DNA of 64,000 nucleotides from Eubacteriales bacterium (GTDB lineage Bacteria; Bacillota; Clostridia; Oscillospirales; CAG-272): NCBI GenBank assembly GCA_045633625.1, contig JAZQYP010000025.1, positions 19,313 to 83,312 of the forward strand, read 5' to 3'. Shown piece by piece: positions 60,994 to 64,000 of this stretch (position 1 is its first letter; each line of letters starts with the position of its first letter). The notes under the pieces were generated by a model. It saw only the letters and a program-made list of their open reading frames with translations, ran no database searches and was not told where the DNA came from. The position numbers and the translations under genes were made by a program.

Positions 60994-62847
60994 ATGACTA
61001 ATATAAAATCTACCCAGCGCGCACTTCTCGCAAGCGTCATGGCTCTGTTCCTCTGCTTCACTATGCTGTTGGGGACGACATTCGCTTGGTTTACTGACAG
61101 TGTTACCAGTGCGAATAACATTATTAAAGCCGGCAATTTGGACATTGAGCTTTATCACACCGATAAGGCTATAACTGATGAAAAAGTTAACAATCAGACT
61201 ACGCTTTTTGATGACGTAGATCTTTGGGAACCCGGCGTAATGGTTTGGGAAGAGCTTACTGTAAAGAACGAGGGTGACCTTGCTCTTAAGTATCAGCTTA
61301 CTCTCAACGTACATAACGCAACCGTAGTTGAGGGTGTGTCCTTTGCTTCTATTCTGAAGGTTGCGCTCATTGACGAAGACTTTGTTTATAATCGTGAAAA
61401 CGTAGAGGCTATTGATGCTGGCGAGTGGAAAGAACTTGCTACATTCACTCTTGCAGATGAACTGAATAAACAAGAGAGCGAAGTTTACGGAATTGTTATT
61501 TGGTGGCAACCGTCTAATAATGACAATCTCTTCAATATGAACAATGGAAAAACCGATGACGTTAATGTTGAGATTGGCGTGAAACTCGTTGCAACCCAGC
61601 TTGCAGCTGAGGAGGATTCATTTGGTAATGATTACGACGCTGATGCACCTGTCGATTTTACCCCTGTTTCTACTGCCGCAGAATTAAAGGTTGCTCTTGC
61701 AAACAATGAAAGCAATATTGTACTGACAAGTGATATTGAAGTAAGCGAAACTCTTAACATAACTACTGATACTGTGCTTAGCGGTAGAGCGATTCGTCGA
61801 GGCGAAGGATTTACGGGAACGGTGATCAATGTTGCGAGCGGAGTTTCCTTAACACTTAAAGACATTGTTGTTGACGGTGGTGCAGTATGGGCGAGTGCTG
61901 TTGCTGAAGATTCTTCTGTAAACGGTGGTGTGGTTGCGACCGGTAATTTGATTGCGGCAGAATCTAATGCAGAGATTATTCTTAACGAAGGTGCAGTACT
62001 CCAAAACAATGACGGAGCACACGCAGTAAACCTCGGAACTCGTATTGGAGCAACCTTAACAATAAACGGCGGTGAAATTATAAATAACCGTTCCGACTCC
62101 GGTGCCGTTTGGGGCGGTGGACACATCACCCTGAATGCAGGAAAGATCAGCAACAACGTTTCTACGGGCAGTGCGGGTGCAATCCGTATGGTGAGCAACT
62201 GTAATCTTACAATGAACGGTGGAGAAATCAGCAACAATACCGCAGTTGGAAGCGGCGGTGCAATTTGGGGTTATGGAGCTTCTACCTATGAGTTCAACGG
62301 TGGTGAAATGAACGGCAATACAGCTGCTGTTGGCGGTGCTATCTATACAGGCGATAGCTCTACTATCAAAATCAGCGGCGATTTTGAAATGTGCAACAAC
62401 ACCGCAGACGATGCAGGAGCTATGAGACTTTCTAACCGTACCGCATTTAATATGAGTGGCGGTAAGATTTCCGGAAACACCAGCACAAATTCTCCCGCTT
62501 GGAACGGATTCTACGGTTGGAATCCCGGTGTGAATATCACGGGCGGTGAGCTTGCGGATGATATTACAATTCAGGGTGGTTTGACTCCGATTGTTGGCGG
62601 TAGCGGCATTACCGGTGTCGTTCACTTCGCTCTTAGCACGAATCACAATACCGCAAATCTTGCGAGTGATTTCGGTACGTTCAAGTTTACCGTTGCTGAG
62701 GGTAGCAATTTTGCAGCATTCAACCTCAAGCCCGCAACCGGTTACGTTTATACCGAGGGTGACGAGGCTAAGCTCATTTGCATGAACGAAGGCTATGAGA
62801 CCTATTGGGATGCAACAACGAGCACCTTTAAGCTTCAGGCAAAATAA
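60994..62847 (+). CDS. SipW-dependent secreted protein 5: TasA-like N-domain + Pmp-type (GGAI / FxxN-like) beta-helix
   Basis: QRALLASVMALFLCFTMLLGTTFAWFTDSVTSANNII. C-domain repeats SGAVWGGG, AGAIRM, GGAIWG, GGAIYTG, AGAMRL alternate with NGGEI.NN. Confidence 0.7.
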   Translation: MTNIKSTQRALLASVMALFLCFTMLLGTTFAWFTDSVTSANNIIKAGNLDIELYHTDKAITDEKVNNQTTLFDDVDLWEPGVMVWEELTVKNEGDLALKYQLTLNVHNATVVEGVSFASILKVALIDEDFVYNRENVEAIDAGEWKELATFTLADELNKQESEVYGIVIWWQPSNNDNLFNMNNGKTDDVNVEIGVKLVATQLAAEEDSFGNDYDADAPVDFTPVSTAAELKVALANNESNIVLTSDIEVSETLNITTDTVLSGRAIRRGEGFTGTVINVASGVSLTLKDIVVDGGAVWASAVAEDSSVNGGVVATGNLIAAESNAEIILNEGAVLQNNDGAHAVNLGTRIGATLTINGGEIINNRSDSGAVWGGGHITLNAGKISNNVSTGSAGAIRMVSNCNLTMNGGEISNNTAVGSGGAIWGYGASTYEFNGGEMNGNTAAVGGAIYTGDSSTIKISGDFEMCNNTADDAGAMRLSNRTAFNMSGGKISGNTSTNSPAWNGFYGWNPGVNITGGELADDITIQGGLTPIVGGSGITGVVHFALSTNHNTANLASDFGTFKFTVAEGSNFAAFNLKPATGYVYTEGDEAKLICMNEGYETYWDATTSTFKLQAK

Positions 62848-62858
62848 ACAATACAAGT

Positions 62859-62931
62859 CCGCCCTAACTCCCCTCTGGGAGTTAGGCGGCAATTAAAGAG
62901 CATAAACCCGTTTGTGCTTTTTAATTGCCGA
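62859..62931 (+). terminator. GC hairpin plus U-tract terminator module (copy 2 of the 55-nt repeat)
   Basis: ccgccctaactcc-cctct-gggagttaggcgg, then agcata-aacccgtt-tgtgct followed by TTTTT. Confidence 0.6.
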
Positions 62932-62972
62932 AATACAAACTTTTAGATAGACACCCGAGAGGAGGAAAAATC

Positions 62973-63224
62973 TTGAAAAACTTTTTTGAATGCAAAAACG
63001 AAAAAATAACAGAAAAGGCGTTTTCGCAAAATATAACAATTTCCGTATTGAGTATTTTGCTTTGTGTTGTTGCGCTCTGTTCTGTCACATGGGCGTGGCA
63101 TAGCGAGAATGTCACTTCCTCTTATAATAACATACAATCTGCCAGTTGCAATGTATCTGTATCGGTTATAAGTGACAATGCCCCCGTGGAACCTACTGAT
63201 GGAAAATATACTTTTTACTTGTAA
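62973..63224 (+). CDS. Short (83 aa) protein with a SipW-type signal peptide and only about 45 mature residues; possibly a truncated paralog
   Basis: GAGAGGAGGaaaaatc-TTG. ISVLSILLCVVALCSVTWAWHSENVTSSYNNIQSA mirrors the FAWFTDSVTS.NNI signal region. Its 3' end overlaps the convergent YqaJ gene by 32 nt. Confidence 0.35.
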   Translation: MKNFFECKNEKITEKAFSQNITISVLSILLCVVALCSVTWAWHSENVTSSYNNIQSASCNVSVSVISDNAPVEPTDGKYTFYL

Positions 63225-63960
63225 GGCTAAGCTCGATTGCCGCAGCGTTAGGATCCGCAGAGCCAAAATGATTTTTAACGCTTTCGATTACCAGATCACC
63301 ATCCTCGACGTATTGAGGCGGCGTTCTTGTGAGTATGTGATTGTTCCAAAAGTCGCCTTCAAGAGCAATCAATTCTTCCTCGTAGTCCATATCCCTCACG
63401 ATGTGGCGAATGATGGTCTCTTGTTCGCTGTTGCCATACAGACAACAGAAGAACACGTGATTGACATTCATAACCGCCATATAGTGACGTCCTTGGATCT
63501 CGTAGTTGACGGGTACAGCTTCAACACCGTTTACCCACCAATGGTCTGTTGCATTGTAGTTCGTCGTCTTGATTTCAAGAATCGCCGTCTCACCGTTTGG
63601 CATCGTGATAAAATAGTCCACGTCTGCCAACATAAATGGATACTTGGGATGATAAAACATCTTCTTGACCTGATAGATTTCATATCCTGTTCTTACATGG
63701 AATATTTCAGCCACTAAGTCCTCAAGGAGATGTCCCATCTTTTTTTGTACCCAGTTTTCTTCGGGGTCCTCGTAGGTTACGATCTTTAGCTTATCGTAAT
63801 ACAGATCCCGCGCGGTTTTGAAGGGCGACACACCGAGAATGGATGCAGCATCACTGCCGCCGATTCCACGTCTGCGGTATTCAAGCCAATCTTTTTCCGG
63901 CAAGTCCGCCGTGTCTACAAGCACTTGGGGTTTGTAGCTCAAGGTTGAGGTATCTGCCAT
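63193..63960 (-). CDS. YqaJ-family (lambda-Exo-like) viral recombinase exonuclease
   Basis: GAGGTGcgtaat-ATG. EYRRRGIGGSDAASILGVSPFKTARDLYYDK is the YqaJ N-terminal signature. Confidence 0.75.
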   Translation of the reverse strand: MADTSTLSYKPQVLVDTADLPEKDWLEYRRRGIGGSDAASILGVSPFKTARDLYYDKLKIVTYEDPEENWVQKKMGHLLEDLVAEIFHVRTGYEIYQVKKMFYHPKYPFMLADVDYFITMPNGETAILEIKTTNYNATDHWWVNGVEAVPVNYEIQGRHYMAVMNVNHVFFCCLYGNSEQETIIRHIVRDMDYEEELIALEGDFWNNHILTRTPPQYVEDGDLVIESVKNHFGSADPNAAAIELSLTSKKYIFHQ

Positions 63961-64000
63961 ATTACGCACCTCGCTTTCGAGCTTGCTTCAGGAATACGTT

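Noticed and set aside
1-64000. Search by eye for CRISPR arrays, tRNA/rRNA genes and transposase/IS elements.
   Set aside because: I found no regularly spaced short repeats, no tRNA-like GTTCGAATC T-arm boxes in intergenic regions, no rRNA-like sequence and no transposase-like ORF. The only repeat systems are those reported above.

Overview
All family calls below come from reading motifs by eye. No database or structure search was run. The window looks like a Firmicutes/Clostridia-type chromosome segment, judged from AGGAGG-type RBSs, tightly packed co-directional operons and the gene families present (taxonomy is inference).

- **1-3.0 kb:** ordinary genes: a partial amino-acid permease, a DUF3221-like protein, a TraX-family membrane protein and an EamA transporter.
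- **3.2-4.4 kb:** an ankyrin-repeat gene and a four-helix-bundle gene next to a dense cluster of small hairpins.
- **4.7-47.8 kb:** a conjugative-element-like block of about 43 kb. T4SS genes (VirB2-like, VirB6-like, VirB3/PrgI-like, VirB4, VirD4) are split by a complete Tad/Flp-type (type IVc) pilus locus. That locus has 3 pilin genes, a prepilin peptidase, CpaB, TadZ-like, TadA/CpaF, TadB, TadC and 2 pseudopilins, and it ends in a co-operonic 1318-aa repeat adhesin. Downstream lies a leading-region-like set: SSB, DUF932, a sigma factor, a methylase-SNF2 helicase fusion, DUF5131, HU, XRE and a SLOG-like protein. A short tyrosine recombinase closes the block. I could not recognise a relaxase.
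- **47.8-48.14 kb:** three copies of an 18-20 bp recombinase-type core, two direct and one inverted. They bracket about 260 bp that carries a near-consensus promoter pointing away from the next operon, so this is a candidate invertible switch.
- **48.3-63.2 kb:** a TetR regulator, a zinc-ribbon protein, a membrane-anchored protein with three TasA-like domains, a small TasA/camelysin-like protein and a SipW signal peptidase. These are followed by five large paralogs (513-799 aa). Each paralog has a SipW-type signal peptide, a conserved TasA-like N-domain and a different beta-helix/Pmp-like C-domain.
- **Right edge:** a YqaJ-type exonuclease on the minus strand.

I saw no rRNA, tRNA or CRISPR array.
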